DNA from: a virus
Reading direction: 5' to 3' (one strand)
IMG/VR virus record: IMGVR_UViG_3300029822_000049
Location: 1 to 32,077 of that record
DNA length: 32,077 nt
Shown: piece by piece, positions 32,024 through 32,077 of the stretch
How positions within the stretch are numbered: the stretch's first letter is position 1
How the letters are laid out: each line of letters starts with the position of its first letter
Program-made: the position numbers and the translations under genes
The notes under the pieces: generated by a model
Seen by the model: the letters and a program-made list of their open reading frames with translations, nothing else
Database searches by the model: none
Told to the model about the DNA's origin: nothing

Positions 32024-32077
32024 ATACGACCTCAACCGGTTTTGGGCGGACGGAAGTCGTATCGACCTATTCGCTGC
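31979..32077. repeat. terminal direct repeat, copy 2 (identical to 1-99)
   Basis: Exact 99-nt identity. Includes a duplicate of the start of the 38-1135 CDS (ATG at 32016). Confidence 0.95.

Overview
The window is a complete, circularly closing tailed-phage genome. Positions 1-99 are identical to 31979-32077, so the unit length is 31,978 bp. All 47 CDS I can support are on the + strand. They are tightly packed, with many ATGA-type start/stop overlaps and strong AAGGAG-like RBSs. Gene order from position 1: (1) tail hub and tail fibre (38-2043); (2) two GH25 N-terminal remnants (2040-2245); (3) a lysis cassette (2255-4890) with a GH25+M23+SH3b endolysin, a methyltransferase-fold protein lacking the SAM loop, a tail-anchored XhlA-like protein and a 3-TM holin, closed by the only clear intrinsic terminator; (4) two near-identical consensus promoters (4993-5021 and 9268-9297) driving an early region (5069-14652). 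That early region holds small ORFans, an ERF annealase, a DnaD-like replisome organiser with internal iterons, SSB, PD-(D/E)xK and VRR-NUC nucleases, an XRE HTH protein, Lar-like and DUF551-like proteins, and a triple zinc-ribbon protein ending in an SSB-type DDDIPF tip. (5) An AT-rich three-gene cassette (ParB-like, TGT/DpdA-like, class I SAM methyltransferase) followed by a YhhQ-family queuosine-precursor transporter (14662-17759). (6) Packaging, head and tail genes (17764-32023): TerS, TerL, portal, Mu F-like protein, scaffold, major capsid, connectors, two paralogous tail-tube genes, G/GT chaperones with a textbook -1 frameshift signal, a 959-aa tape measure and an 830-aa elaborated distal tail protein. 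I recognised no tRNA, rRNA, CRISPR, integrase, transposase, DNA polymerase, helicase or primase. The endolysin architecture and RBS style suggest a Gram-positive (Bacillota-like) host; this is inference. The best candidate for an unusual system is the salvage-type 7-deazaguanine-like DNA modification module at 14662-17759, which has an extra non-DNA-type methyltransferase and no precursor-biosynthesis genes anywhere in the closed genome. All functional calls rest on motif recognition by eye and memory of protein families. No database search was run.
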